Assembly (NCBI RefSeq): GCF_003918875.1
Contig: NW_025766996.1
Location: 496,001-560,000, forward strand
Length of the DNA stretch: 64,000 nucleotides
Source of the DNA: Haliotis rubra
Lineage: Eukaryota
Direction: 5' to 3'
Shown here: positions 36,300 through 50,955 of the stretch, one piece after another
Layout: each line of letters opens with the position of its first letter
Numbering within the stretch: the stretch's first letter is position 1
The notes under the pieces: generated by a model
What the model was told of the DNA's origin: nothing
What the model saw: the letters and a program-made list of their open reading frames with translations, nothing else
The model's database searches: none
Made by a program: the position numbers and the translations under genes

Positions 36300-39200
36300 A
36301 TGCATGTGCTGGGCACTGTCGCGTGCGTGCTTTACGCGCTGCACATGTGCTACGCGCAATATCCTGGACGAAGATGGCAAGGTCAAGAACGGTCAAACAG
36401 AGCATTTGGTCCCGGAATGTTAACGTAAGATTTCGTTCATCTCAAGTTACACCAACCGGGGACACATCGGAAAAGGAAAATACCGGAGGCGACCAAACAC
36501 GGAAGGAAAGTTCTGCTTCAGGAATCAGGCGCAGCGGCAGAGCTGGTCAGCAGATTCGTACGCCACAGCAAAGAATTAACCAACGACGTCGCCAAGAAAA
36601 CGTCTTAAACAGAATCCGAGCCAGGGAAAGAGCTACCTCAAGAACAAACAGTCGCTTGGCATCAGGACCCGCAATACGTGGACGTTTTGGTAGCGATGTT
36701 GCATCGAGACGCAGACAGGCGACACATGAGAAGCAGAGACGAGCCATGTTGAGGAGTAGTCAGTTAAACAGGCATCAAGGTAAGAAGGCTCAGACTCCTC
36801 TAAGAAATGCCAGACCGTTAGCAAGAAGGACTAACGGTAGACCAGCAGTGAACAAAATGCGTCCGCAAAGTTCGGAAACTGAAAACAAACAGTCACCTGA
36901 TATTGAAATGAACTCTGCAGGTCGTTTGAGGTCATCAAGTACACCTGCATTGTCTCGAGCTAATTCTAAACCACGTTTCACGAGACCAAGGACAATTTCA
37001 AGGACAAAACAAGGACAGGTCCGTATGAATAGAAATCTGGCGAGATCAGCTGTTAGGCGACCTGCGTTGGTAAGAAACCCTTCTTCCAACAAGATTCGAT
37101 CCCAGCCTGGAGTATCATCCGCTTCAACAAGGAAAATGTCACCCACTTCACGTGCCAATTCCAGACAAATGCGCCTAGAGGTTCTCCCACAGTCAAGGAC
37201 CAAGGCCATCATGCACCCGAATAGACAAGGAGAAGCCGCAGCTAGAAAGGATGTTATTCAAACTGAGACATATTCACAGAAATTGGGTGAGTTTGACTTA
37301 TTTGACAAGGGACACAACTTGTTAGGTGAACAAACCTTTTCAAACACGAACCAGAATTCAGTCAACCCATTGTTTACCAAGAGAAGTAAAAAACTACCCG
37401 GTGATATGTCTGGGACCACCTCGACACGAAACAGGATTTATAATTATGTGCAAGAGTCATCAAGATCAACAGCAGCTGAAAAGACACACGTGTACGTACA
37501 AGCACCATCAAAGCCATTGGCACCAAGAAAGATGAATGATCACCTGGAAACGCCATCAGAATCACCAAGGACAAGAAAGAATACAAATTACGTTCAGACT
37601 CCATCCAGACCATTCACTGTTTCTGAGAATAGAAGTAAGCCTAGAATGGTTGTCGCAAGTACCAATGTCAATCCTCCTTCTGGACAAATTCAACGTATAT
37701 TTCAACAAGTGTCTGATCAATTTCCAAATGCTCCGCTAGCCACAATCAAATCCATTGCACGAAGTTTATATTATGTAGCCAATCAAGCTGCTGCTCGTAA
37801 ATCCTCACAAGGACCCAAACTCGAGTTACCTGAGAATACAGCTCCAAAGCCTGCCACGATACCCAAGGTCAATACAGCAAATACTTCTGTAAGTCAAACT
37901 CAAAAGACATTGGTGCTAACTTAAATCACAACACAAGTTCTATGACGAGAGTCCGTGTCAGTTTTACTAGTTCCTCTGTGCCCAAGGAAGGTCTTACTGG
38001 TGGTATGACCACAATGAACTATTCCGGATTAGAACTCGGAACTACTGTGAAAGGAACAACGCCCCCAACGTACCGACACCCCATCATACCAAGTCAGTTT
38101 GACAGCTCAACGACAGAACCTTCACCTTTGTCACAAACACATATGTCTCCCCAATTGTCCGTTGTGTCAATGCCGACAAATAAACCCATAGCAAGCATAC
38201 CAGTTCCTCCTGGACAAAGTGAGCAGTTTATTGACGTTCAACCGCCAAGTGGCCAGCAGCCTCCCTCTCGCCCTAGTACAAAGCCTGACTACAATGTCAG
38301 GCCGCTTCCAGTGCTTCCTGGGACGTCAGAGACGCAACCAGAACTCAAAAGCGCAAACCCGACACCAGTACCTGAGACTATTCCAGGTCCCCCTACTGGA
38401 GTGTTCTCTGGTGCAGCTCCTCCTAAAGAGCCGCAACTACCTGCCGCCAGTCCCGAGGTTGTAAGCACACCTGTGGAAGTGCCATCATCTCCTATCGTCA
38501 GCAAACCTGTTCCACACCCACCGGTAGATGTACCATCACCATCTGTCGTTAGTCATAACATGGTACCCACTCCTGCTGTGGGTAAACAAGCGAGTGATAA
38601 GGTTCTACACTCACCTGCTGAAATATCATCCGTACCTGTTGCTGGGACAAAGATTGTGCAGCCACCTGCCGAAGTATTGTCATCTCCACAAGCAAGTGAT
38701 AAGGTGGTACACTCACCTGCTGATGTATCATCTGTATCTGTTGCTGGTCCAAACATTGTACAGGCTCCTGTTGAAGTGCCGTCTCTTCACGTCGCCAGTA
38801 ACAACGATCTACACGTTCCTGTACAAGTAACGCCACCGCCTGTCGACAGTCACAATGTTGTACAGCCATATGTAGAAGGATTGTCCCCATCACTTGCAAG
38901 TGATAAGGTTGTACACGCACCTGCTGAAGTATCATCTGTACCTGTTGCCGGTCCTAAGATTGTACAGCCACCTGCCGAAGTATTGTCATCATCACAAGCA
39001 AGTGTTAAGGTTGTACACGCACCAGCTGAAGTATCATCTGTATCTGTTGATGGTCCAAACATTGTACAGGCTCCTGTTGAAGTGCCGTCTCTACACGTCG
39101 CCAGTAACAACGATCTACACGTTCCTGTACAAGTATCGCCACCACCTGTCGACAGTCACAATGTTGTACAGCCATATGTAGAAGGATTGTCCCCATCACT

Positions 39201-42200
39201 TGCAAGTGGTATTGTTGTACACGCACCTGTTGAAGTATCATCCGTACCTGTTGCTGGTCCAATGATTGTGCAGCCACCTGCAGAAGTATTGTCATATCCA
39301 CCAGCAAGTGATAAGGTTGTACACGTACCTGCTGATGTATCGCCACCAAGTGTCATTAATAACAACGTTGTACACGCTCCTGTCGAAATATTGTCATCTC
39401 CACCAGCAAGTGATAAAGTTGTACACGCACCTGCTGAAGTATCATCTGTACCTGTTGCCGGTCCAATAATTGTGCAGCCACCTGCCGAAGTATTGTCATC
39501 TCCACCAGCAAGTGATAAGGTTGAACACGCACCTGCTGAAGTATCATCCGTACCTGTTGCTGGTCCAATGATTGTGCAGCCACCTGCCGAAGTATTGTCA
39601 TCTCCATCAGCAAGTGATAAGGTTGTACACGCACCTGCTGATGTATCGCCACCAAGTGTCATTAATAACAACGTCGTACACGCTCCTGTCGAAATATTGT
39701 CATCTCCACCAGCAAGTGATAAAGTTGTACACGCACCTGCTGAAGTATCATCTGTACCTGTTGCTGGTCCAATGATTGTGCAGCCGCCTGCCGAAGTATT
39801 GCCATCTCCACAAGAAAGTGATAAGGTTGTACACTCACCTGCTGATGTATCGCCACCGCCTGTCACTAGTAACAACGTTGAACACGCTCCTGCTGAATTA
39901 TCGCCACCAAGTGTCATTAATAACAATGTTGTACACGCACCTGCTGAGATATCGCCACAGCCTGTCACTAGTAACGACGTTGTACACATTCCTGCTGAAC
40001 TATCGCCACCGACTGTCACCAGTAATACCGCTGTACACACACCTACTGAAGCATCATCTGTACCTGTTGCTGGTCCAATGATTATGCAGCACCCTGCCGA
40101 AGTATTGTCATCTCCACCAGCAAGTGATAAGGTAATACACACACCTGCTGAAGTATTGTCATCTCCACAAGCAAGTGATGAGGTTGTACACGCACCTGTT
40201 GAAGTATCATCTGTACCTGTTGCTGGTCCTAAGATTGTGCAGCCGCCTGCCGAATTATTGTCATCTCCACCAGCAATTGATAAGGTTGTACACGCACCAG
40301 CTGAAGTATTATCTGTACCTGTTGCCGGTCCAATGATTGTGCAGCCACCTGCCGAAGTATTGTCATCTCCACCAGCAAGTGATAAGGTTGAACACGCACC
40401 TGCTGAAGTATCATCCGTACCTGTTGCTGGTCCAATGATTGTGCAGCCACCTGCCGAAGTATTGTCATCTCCACCAGCAAGTGATAAGGTTGTACACTCA
40501 CCTGCTGATGTATCGCCACCAAGTGTCATTAATAACAACGTTGTACACGCTCCTGTCGAAATATTGTCATCTCCACCAGCAAGTGATAAGGTTGTACACG
40601 CACCTGCTGAAGTATCATCTGTACCTGTTGCTGGTCCTAAGATGGTACAGCCACCTGCCGAAGTATTGCTATCTCCACCAGCAAGTGATAAGGTTGTACA
40701 CTCACCTGCTGAAGTGTCATCTGCACCTGTTGCTGGTCCAAAGATTGTGCAGGCGCCTGCCGAAGTATTGTCATCTCCACCAGCAATTGATAAAATTGTA
40801 CACGCGCCTGCTGAAGTTTCATCTGTACCTGTTGCTGGTCCAAAGATTGTGCAGCCGCCTGCCGAAGTATTGCCATCTCCACAAGAAAGTGATATGGTTG
40901 TACACTCACCTGCTGATGTATCGCCACCGCCTGTCACTAGTAACAACGTTGAACACGCTCCTGCTGAATTATCGCCACCAAGTGTCATTAATAACAATGT
41001 TGTACACGCACCTGCTGAGATATCGCCACAGCCTGTCACTAGTAACGACGCTGTACACATTCCTGCTGAACTATCGCCACCGACTGTCACCAGTAATACC
41101 GCTGTACACACACCTGCTGAAGCATTATCTGTACCTGTTGCCGGTCCAATGATTGTGCAGCACCCTGCCGAAGTATTGTCATCTCCACCAGCAAGTGATA
41201 AGGTAATACACACACCTGTTGAAGTATTGTCATCTCCACCAGCAAGTGATGAGATTGTACACGCACCTGTTGAAGTATCATCCGTACCTGTTGCTGGTCC
41301 TAAGATTGTGCAGCCACCTGCCGAAGTATTGTCATCTCCACCAGCAAGTGATAAGGTTGTACACTCACCTGCTGATGTATCGCCACCAAGTGTCATTAAT
41401 AACAACGTTGTACACGCTCCTGTCGAAATATTGTCATCTCCACCAGCAAGTGATAAGGTTGTACACGCACCTGCTGAAGTATCATCTGTACCTGTTGCTG
41501 GTCCAAAGATGGTACAGCCACCTGCCGAAGTATTACCATCTCCACCAGCAAGTGATAAGGTTGTACACGCACCTGCTGAAGTATCATCTGCACCTGTTGC
41601 TGGTCCAAAGATTGTGCAGGCGCCTGCCGAAGTATTGTCATCTCCACCAGCAAGTGATAAAATTGTACACGCGCCTGCTGAAGTGTCATCTGTACCTGTT
41701 GCTGGTCCAGAGATTGTGCAGCCGCCTGCCGAAGTATTGCCATCTCCACAAGAAAGTGATAAGGTTGTACACTCACCTGCTGATGTATCGCCACCGCCTG
41801 TCACTAGTAACAACGTTGAACACGCTCCTGCTGAATTATCGCCACCAAGTGTCATTAATAACAATGTTGTACACGCACCTGTTGAGATATCGCCACAGCC
41901 TGTCACTAGTAACGACGTTGTACACATTCCTGCTGAACTATCGCCACCGACTGTCACCAGTAATACCGCTGTACACACACCTACTGAAGTATCATCTGCA
42001 CCTGTTGCCGGTCCTAAGATTGTACAGCCAACAGCCGAAGTATTGTCATCATCACAAGAAAGTGATAAGGTTGTACACGCACCTGCTGAGGCATCGCCAC
42101 CGCCTGTCACTAGTAACAACGTTGTACACGCACCTGCTGAAGTATCATCTGTACCTGTTGCTGGTCCAAAGACTGTGCAGCACCCTGCCGAAGTATTGTC

Positions 42201-45200
42201 ATCTCCACAAGCAAGTGATAAGGTGGTACACGCACCTGCAGAAGGACCATCCACATCTGTTGCTGGTCAAAAGACTGAACGGCCACCTGTCGAAGTATTA
42301 TCAACACCTTCAGCCAGTCATAAGGTTGTACACGCTCCTGCTGAAGTATCGCCATCTCATGTCACCAGTCACAAGGTGGAACATCCAAGTATTGTAGTAT
42401 GGTCACCACCTGTCGAAAATCACAATGTATGGGACAAGGCTGCTAAAGAATGGTCAGCACCTGTTGTCACACAAAAGATTGGACACGCCCCTGTTAAAGC
42501 ACCATCACCTTTCACCAGTAACAGTAAGGCGGAACAGCCAGCTGTTGTAGTGTGGTCACCACCTGTTGAAGGTCACAAGGTTGTTCATCACGCTGCTGAA
42601 GAAACATCACCAGCTATAGCCAGTCGCAAGGTTGTACAAGCACCTGTTGAAGTACCGGTTGTCCCTAACAACAATGTTCCAAGCGCACCTGAAATTGCAT
42701 CTCTACCTACCTTTAGTCACAATGCCGTACATGTTCATCCAGCTGCTGAAGAATTAGCTCTAGCCAGTCGCGAGGCTGTACAAGCACCTGCTGAAGCACC
42801 AACTCTTCCTAACAATAACAACGTTCCAAGAGCACCTGAAAATGCACTTCCACCTGCCTCCAGTCACAATGTTGTGCATGCATCTGTGGAAGCATCGTCA
42901 CCTCTCGTTAGTCAAAGAATTGTACACACACATGCTGAAGTACCACACCAATATGTAGATAGTCAAAATGGTGTGCATCGAACTGTTAAAGTGCAATCCG
43001 TACCTATGTCTAGTCGAAAGACTATGCCATCACCCTTTGCAGGACCATCTCGAACTGTCACCAGCAACATAAACAGGACTGTACACGCTTCTACGGTAGT
43101 ATCACCTCTCTCTATCGCCATTCAGAAGGCTTCACATGCACCCGTTGAAAATCCTCCAAGTTTTGTCGCCAGCCAGTACGTTGTACGCGCACCTGGTGAG
43201 GTACCATCTGTACCTATTACCAATCAGAAAGTTACATACGTACCCGTCAAGATACCGTCAGTACCTGTCAACAGCCGTTACGTTGTACGCGCACCTGTTG
43301 ACGTATCGTCGCCACTTGTCACCAGTCAAGAGGTGGCGCACGCACCTGTTCAAGCACCATCTCTACCTGTCGCCAACAACGAGGTTGTAGACTCCGTACA
43401 AACTTATGTTGAAGTTACACCTCTACCTGTTACCATTCCCAAGGCTGTACAAGCCTATACTGAAAAAACAAAACCACCTCCAACCAACCAGGAGGCTCTA
43501 CAAGATCATGTTGAAGTTACGCCCCTACCTGCTATCAACTACGTGTCTGGGCAAGCTCATGTTGAAGTCCCAACTCTACCTGTCAAGAGTAACAAAGTCC
43601 TGGAATCTCAAGGTCCTGTACAAGCTCATCTTGAAGCACCAACACAGTCTGCCATCAACCACGAGGCTGTACCAGCCCATTATGAGGCAGCCAAACTACC
43701 TCCCACCAACCACATGGCTCATGTTGAAGTTACGCCCAAAATTGCCACCAGTCAAGAGGTGGCGCACGCACCTGTTCAAGCACCATCTCTACCTGTCGCC
43801 AACAACGAGGTTGTAGACTCCGTACAAACTTATGTTGAAGTTACGCCTCTACCTGTTACCATTCCCAAGGCTGTACAAGCCTATACTGAAAAAACAAAAC
43901 CACCTCCAACCAACCAGGAGGCTCTACAAGATCATGTTGAAGTTACGCCCCTACCTGCTATCAACTACGTGTCTGGGCAAGCTCATGTTGAAGTCCCAAC
44001 TCTACCTGTCAAGAGTAACAAAGTCCTGGAATCTCAAGGTCCTGTACAAGCTCATCTTGAAGCACCAACACAGTCTGCCATCAACCACGAGGCTGTACCA
44101 GCCCATTATGAGGCAGCCAAACTACCTCCCACCAACCACATGGCTCATGTTGAAGTTACGCCCAAAATTGCCACCAGTCAAGAGGTGGCGCACGCACCTG
44201 TTCAAGCACCATCTCTACCTGTCGCCAACAACGAGGTTGTAGACTCCGTACAAACTTATGTTGAAGTTACGCCTCTACCTGTTACCATTCCCAAGGCTGT
44301 ACAAGCCTATACTGAAAAAACAAAACCACCTCCAACCAACCAGGAGGCTCTACAAGATCATGTTGAAGTTACGCCCCTACCTGCTATCAACTACGTGTCT
44401 GGGCAAGCTCATGTTGAAGTCCCAACTCTACCTGTCAAGAGTAACAAAGTCCTGGAATCTCAAGGTCCTGTACAAGCTCATCTTGAAGCACCAACACAGT
44501 CTGCCATCAACCACGAGGCTGTACCAGCCCATTATGAGGCAGCCAAACTACCTCCCACCAACCACATGGCTCATGTTGAAGTTACGCCCAAAATTGCTAC
44601 CAGTCAAGAGACTGTAAGAGTTAATCCTGAAGCAACAACACTACCTGCCAGTCAGGAAGGTGCACATAGGTCTGTTGAGACTACGTCCCTTCTCGACGCC
44701 AGTCACGATGCTGCGCTCGCACCTTCTAAAGTTGCCACTGACCACGGTGTACACGCACCTGCTGAAGTTACTCCAATATCAGTCGCCAGTGACTATAGTG
44801 CACATGCACCTGATGAAGTTACTCCTCTACCTGTTGCAAGTCACGAGGGTGGACACGCTCCTGAAGGAACAGCGATACCAGTCAACAGTCGCCATGGTGA
44901 ACACGCACCTGCTGACGTTACGCCCCTAACAGTTACTAGTCACGAGGGTGGACACGCTCCTGAAGGAACAGCGATACCAGTCAACAGTCGCCATGGTGAA
45001 CACGCACCTGCTGAAGTTACTCCCCTAACAGTTACTAGTCACGAGGGTGGACACGCTCCCGAAGGAACAGTGATACCAGTCAACAGTAACCATGGTGAAC
45101 AGGCACCTGCTGAAGTTACTCCCCTACCAGTTACTAGTCACGAGGGTGGACACGCTCCCGAAGGAACAGTGATACCAGTCAACAGTAACCATGGTGAACA

Positions 45201-47728
45201 GGCACCTGCTGAAGTTACTCCCCTACCAGTTACTAGTCACGAGGGTGGACACGCTCCCGAAGGAACAGTGATACCAGTCAACAGTAACCATGGTGAACAG
45301 GCACCTGCTGAAGTTACTCCCCTACCGGTCACTAGAGACCACGGTGAACATGTACCTGCCGAAGTAAATTCCCTACAATTCTCCACTCACAATGCCCAAA
45401 GAGCTTCTTCAACAGCAATTGGAAGTGGTAATATGTCGCAGATGCCTGTTGAGATCACATCTCCTCCTACGGCTAGATACCAGAGTGCCAAATCAACTGT
45501 TGAAATCACCACTCATCCAAATGAACAGACTTCCCAGCCTAACTCATATCACGTCTATCCAAACGCACCCAGCTTGGTAACAGTGGGATCTGTCGCTACG
45601 ACCACGCAGAGATCTCCCCTTAAACATTCAACCAATGCTCTGTCCCAAACTACAACATCAACATCATCAGCACCGACAACGACATTAGCAGCAGTAGCAA
45701 CAACACCATCTGCTGCGTCGACACCAACTGCAACATCCACACATGGGTCAGAAACAACAACAAGCCCGACAACGACAACATCAGCCGTCGCAGCATCAGC
45801 TACAGAGACAACAGCAGCTCCAGCAACAAAAGGAAACACTACAACAGGGACATGGACTCCTACATCAACAGCAGCAGCAACAACAACAACTGGGACAACA
45901 ACCCCAGCAACAACAACGCCAGCTACAACAGAGCCTACTCCGCCTCCTGAAGCAACTGAGGCCCCTGAACCTCCTGAAAATGGAGAACTCTCGCTTGCCT
46001 ATTACATTTTCCAGCATCTCCTGCCCGCTCTTTATCGGGGATATCCTCAAACTATGCCGCGCAACACCAACACCATGCAATGGCAGACGCCTCGACATAT
46101 TCCTTCAGTCCACTATGCCCAGCCTTCAGGACCTGCTCAATGGAACTATCAGCCACGAAGAGGAACTTATCCACAATCACCCGACAGAAACTCACCGGCA
46201 TATCATCCCCCAGAAACCACAGGCCCTGCAATGCACTATCAATATGGTGAAGGATCAGAAATGCCACCAGTGATGAACTCAAACGCAGAAGAACCCACAG
46301 ATGCCCAGCTCATCGCAAGGGAGTATTATCAATATAGAGATCCACTTCCAGTACAATCCATGGCAGCTCAACCTTCAGGAGTCAGAGGCTCTCCAATGTG
46401 GCATCAGTACAGCGACGTTCATACAGTGCCACCATGCTCAACTCGATGGCAGATCAACCTTCAGCTCAACCTACAGAAGCCTCACGATCTGCAATGCACC
46501 ATCAGTACAGCAACGTTCATACAGTGCCACCCATGCTCAACTCGATGGCAGATCAACCTTCAGCTCAACCTACAGAAGTTAGAGGGTCTTCAATGTATCA
46601 TCAATACAGCGATGTGCATACAGTGCCAGCCATGCTCAACTCGATGGCAGATCAACCTTCAGCTCAACCTACAGAAGTTAGAGGGTCTTCAATGTATCAT
46701 CAATACAGCGATGTGCATACAGTGCCACCCATGCTCAACTCGATGGCAGATCAACCTTCAGCTCAACCTACAGAAGCCAGACGATCTGCAATGTACCATC
46801 AGTACAGCAACGTTCATACAGTGCCACCCATGCTCAACTCGATGGCAGATCAACCTTCGGCTCAACCTACAGACGTTAGAGGGTCTTCAATGTATCATCA
46901 ATACAGCGATGTGCATACAGTGCCACTCATGCTCAACTCGATGGCAGATCAACCTTCAGCTCAACCTACAGAAGTTAGAGGGTCTTCAATGTATCATCAA
47001 TACAGCGATGTGCATACAGTGCCACTCATGCTCAACTCGATGGCAGATCAACATTCGGCTCAACCTACAGAAGTCTCACGATCTGCAATGCACCATCAGT
47101 ACAGCGACGTTCATACAGTGCCACTCATGCTCAACACGATGGCAGATCAACCTTCAGCTCAACCTACAGAAGTTAGAGGGTCTTCAATGTATCGTCAATA
47201 CAACGATGTGCATACAGTGCCACCCATGCTCAACTCGATGGCAGATCAACCTTCAGGTCAACCTACAGAAGCCTCACGATCTGTAATGCACCACTCATAC
47301 AGCGACGTACATACAATACCACCTGCGCTCAACTCGATGGCAGATCAACCTTCAGCTCAACCTACAGAAGCCTCACGATCTGTAATGCACCATCAGTACA
47401 GCGACGTTCATACAGTGCCACCTGCGCTCAATCAGTACAGCGACGTACGATGCTCAACTCGATGGCAGATCAACCTTCAGGTCAACCTACAGAAGCCTCA
47501 CGATCTGCAATGCACCATCAGTACAGCGACGTACATATAGCGCCACCCATGCTCAACTCGATGGCAGATCAACCTACAGAAGCCTCACGATCAGCAATGC
47601 ACCATCCATACAGCGACGTTCATACAGTGCCACCTGTTCGCAACTCGATGACAGCTCGTGCTACATGGAACTATCCAGGTGGTGAACAGCATCACATGTC
47701 ACCCGTGATGAAATCAATTTCAGCCAAG
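36300..47728 (+). CDS. Giant first coding exon V3 (~11.4 kb, ~3800 codons): signal peptide, Arg-rich domain, Pro/Val/His repeats, His-Gly repeats, Thr-rich tract, Met/His/Tyr repeats; ends at phase-0 donor
   Basis: ATG 36300 gives MHVLGTVACVLYALHMCYAQYPG. It joins ORFs 36323-37924, 37942-~46430, 46398-~47440 and 47450-47728 by restoring one base in short homopolymers (CCC 36411, AAAA 37902, CC ~46432) plus one break near 47445. AAG|GTACGT with GT at 47729. Confidence 0.75.
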
Positions 47729-47929
47729 GTACGTCCATATCTCTGTGAAGAGTTGGGGATTTGTTAGGGACAGACACTGATGGTTATGGGAGACAGAACG
47801 CAATATTTCAACTTTGCATCTGCCTTGTGTCTTAGCTGTTATACCTTAGTTCTTGGTTAGCTGACATTAATAATTTAGCAAGAGATAATGCCATCTCAAA
47901 CAGTGTTTGTGTCTGTCAAAAAATTAACA

Positions 47930-48342
47930 AATATTCAATGCAAGTTGTTGCCAAAACAATGGCATTTTGTCCGGATAAACGGTTCCTGGCCAGACAAATA
48001 TGAACATTTCAAATACTGTTTATCCATTACTATTTATCCAATACTGTTTATCTAAAACTGATATTTGTCGTCTTTGTGTTAGTAACTATTTATTATTTTT
48101 TTTTGTTTTCTGTACTGATGTTTGTACATGCTGTTTCAATATTACCAAATATTTAATGCAAGATATTACCAAAACAATGGCATTTTGTCCGGATAAATGT
48201 TCCTGACCAAACAAATATGAACATTTCCAATACTGTTTATCCAATATTGTTTATCTAACACTGCTATTTGTCGTCTTTGTGTTAGTAACTATTTCTTATT
48301 TTTTTGTTTTCTGTACTGATATTTGTACATGCTGTTTTCAAC
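47930..48342. repeat. ~220-bp tandem duplication in intron
   Basis: CCAAAACAATGGCATTTTGTCCGGATAAA and TTTTCTGTACTGAT.TTTGTACATGCTG each occur twice. Confidence 0.8.
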
Positions 48343-49716
48343 GCATCACGAAAGAAAGCTTTAACACCATGGATATTTTTCATTGCTTTGTTTACACATA
48401 TGATTCAAAACGTGTATATCACATTGTTATTCACAAATTATATTTACTGATCGAACCTGTTTTGAAATGTAAATTGTATACATTATATACATTTACATAC
48501 GTGCATTTTGTCTGTGATTGAATAAATTTTAAACCATTCATCTCGCTTGTGTTTATTGTTCTTCGTGCCTGTTAAGAGTAACATGATCCATATACACCCA
48601 AGGCAGATAACCCTTCGTTTGGTGTTTCAACCCAACCGTGTAGCCCTCATAACTCTATGTATCATATATATTTGTTTTAAATAAAGGGACATAACTCTTA
48701 ATTTTCTGGATGCATCATCGTGATACATCGATAAAAATGTGGAAAGCTGCATTGTACATAGCCCCGCATATCTGTCACCTGTCAATCATCTGACTAATCT
48801 AGTACATTGTAGAACAAAGAGCACAGTATTACATTCCTCTTTGGTGCATCATTCATTAAAAGGAAACAGATATTAATAAAGTGATTAATGAATTATTTTT
48901 AATCCAAGAAAGACATTTATAGATCTACCTTGTCACGTTGAAGATTGAATGTTGTTTAAATGCCTTCTCTGTCATCTCAGAGCATGATGGAATGTGACTT
49001 ATCTTTTGATTTCTTAATCAAATGATTTCAACTTTGAGATGTGTAACTTTTATTTTGAAAAAAATAATGAATTAAATGATGAATAAAGACACGACAATGA
49101 CTAAAATGAATAGGACATCAGAAATGAGAAACGAGCCAACGGAATGTTTGTATGTTCCGGTTAGTCATCTGCTGGATTTCTCAACGTCACTGGCGGTATT
49201 TCCTTTGAAGTATCAAACTTATTTAATTTAATTTTATAAATAATTGATAGTTTGCCATTATTTGAATTTTACTTATAAAACGCAATATGTTAACTGATTA
49301 AAACATACATAATCAACAAAGAACGGAAATGAATAAATTATATAAACGCATTAATTGCACTCATTTAAACTTGACGCGCGTCTTTGCGTAGGTGTTTGCG
49401 GCGTTTGTGTCATTTACAATAATGTACCCTGCCTGTATTAACATGCCATAAACCGGAATATCATTGGAAGATTTGACACTATCTGGCAGAACATCTTGCT
49501 ACTGCCAATAAGTGACTTCAAGGTAAATATATGTTAAAACATATTGGCACCGATATTAATGTATGTATTGTTTGAAACGATCTAAAAATATGTCCTTTTG
49601 GGTTTTTCACATAAATATTAAAAACTAAAGTAATTATACTAATGCCATTGTGATGTTAATGACCCGTTCGAAATTTTCATCCATGATTGTTATTTTTTTT
49701 TTTTCTATTCCTACAG

Positions 49717-49789
49717 AACACCAGCGGAGTTTCGGGAACGACTTCCACAACATCGATTAGCTCATCAACATCAAAAACAACCGTGCAAG
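49717..49789 (+). CDS. Internal 73-nt exon C1 (NTSGVSGTTSTTSISSSTSKTTVQ-G), phase 0 in / phase 1 out
   Basis: Long poly-T tract + CTACAG acceptor, open Ser/Thr-rich frame, CAAG|GTATGT donor. Phases match the upstream donors and the next exon. Confidence 0.85.
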
Positions 49790-49836
49790 GTATGTGAAAT
49801 ATCAGCCACAAAACTTTCTTAACTGTCAACTTAATG

Positions 49837-50083
49837 GAGTGAGTTAGTGAGTTGGGTTTTACGCCGCATTCAGCAAAATTCAAGCTATTTGGCGGCGGTC
49901 TGGAAATAATCAAGTCTGGACCAGACAATCCAGTGATCAACAGCATGAGCATCGATCCACGCAATTGGGATACGATGACATGTGTCAACCAAGTCAGCTA
50001 GCCTGACCACCGGATCCCGTTAGTCGCCCCTTACGACAAGCATGGATTGCTGAAGACCAATTCTAACCAGGATCTTCACGGGT
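49837..50083 (-). mobile_element. Full-length SINE family B
   Basis: Family B consensus on the minus strand. Confidence 0.9.
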
Positions 50084-50955
50084 TCTACATTTGTGACATC
50101 GTCCAATGTTCTAGTATAGCATCGTTACCACAGTGCTAAAATTATGTATGTTTCTGACACTATGAAATTCATAAAATATTTAAAAGCTTGTATTGTCGTA
50201 AGTTTAAATTCGAGTGTTGTCATATACGAAGGAAACAATTAAAGAACACCACTTCATGGCAGCGTTCCTAGTCAACGATTTAGTACTTTAGAAATCATAG
50301 GCTACATTTGTACTAGAGCAATTTAGGGTTGTTGTTTTTCGATATGAACAAAATACCATTCGTCATCGCTTGGTATTATAACGAATCTATTGTGATTAAA
50401 TAAAAACTCCATACACGTTTGACGGCGTAGAAAGACTGCCTTTAGAAGACATGTAGTTATGATTGTGAAAAGGGTTTGGTTGATATAATTATTATTATAG
50501 TCCGTTTTTGTTCAATTGAGAACGACAAATGATGAAATATCTCGAAATTGGGAAAAGTGCACAAAACATAAATAAAACACATGGTCCTGAAACCCTGTAC
50601 CCAACAGGATCTGAAATCTGACGTTTTTTGATCGATCACGGAAAAAGTTGTTTTAGAAACCATCATGTAATATTGTGCTATTTTCACGCTTCACACCGGG
50701 GAGTGACAAACAGCTGATTGAACAGCCCCTGACCAGCAGGGGTCTCATTATGTTTTGTGCACTAATTCCTATTTCGAGATATTTAATCATTCATCGTTTT
50801 CATTTGAACCCAAACGGATTATAATTGCTCAATTTAAAACTGCAGTTATCTGAATGCGAAAAAATGTGAATATTTGCGCAAAAAGGTATAAAATAATACA
50901 AAAGAAAAAATAATTGGAACATTGTGTTTTATCCCATTTAAACAGTGTCATGACA

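Noticed and set aside
38528-44929. Long antisense (1032 aa) and alternate-frame Leu/His/Tyr ORFs
   Set aside because: By-products of stop-free tandem repeats overlapping V3.
46430-47286. Cys/Gln/Leu-rich C-terminus (CSTRWQINLQLNLQ...) of the 3114-aa ORF
   Set aside because: Wrong frame after a missing C (GTGCCACCATG versus GTGCCACCCATG in sister repeats). The MLNSMADQPS frame continues the preceding sequence.
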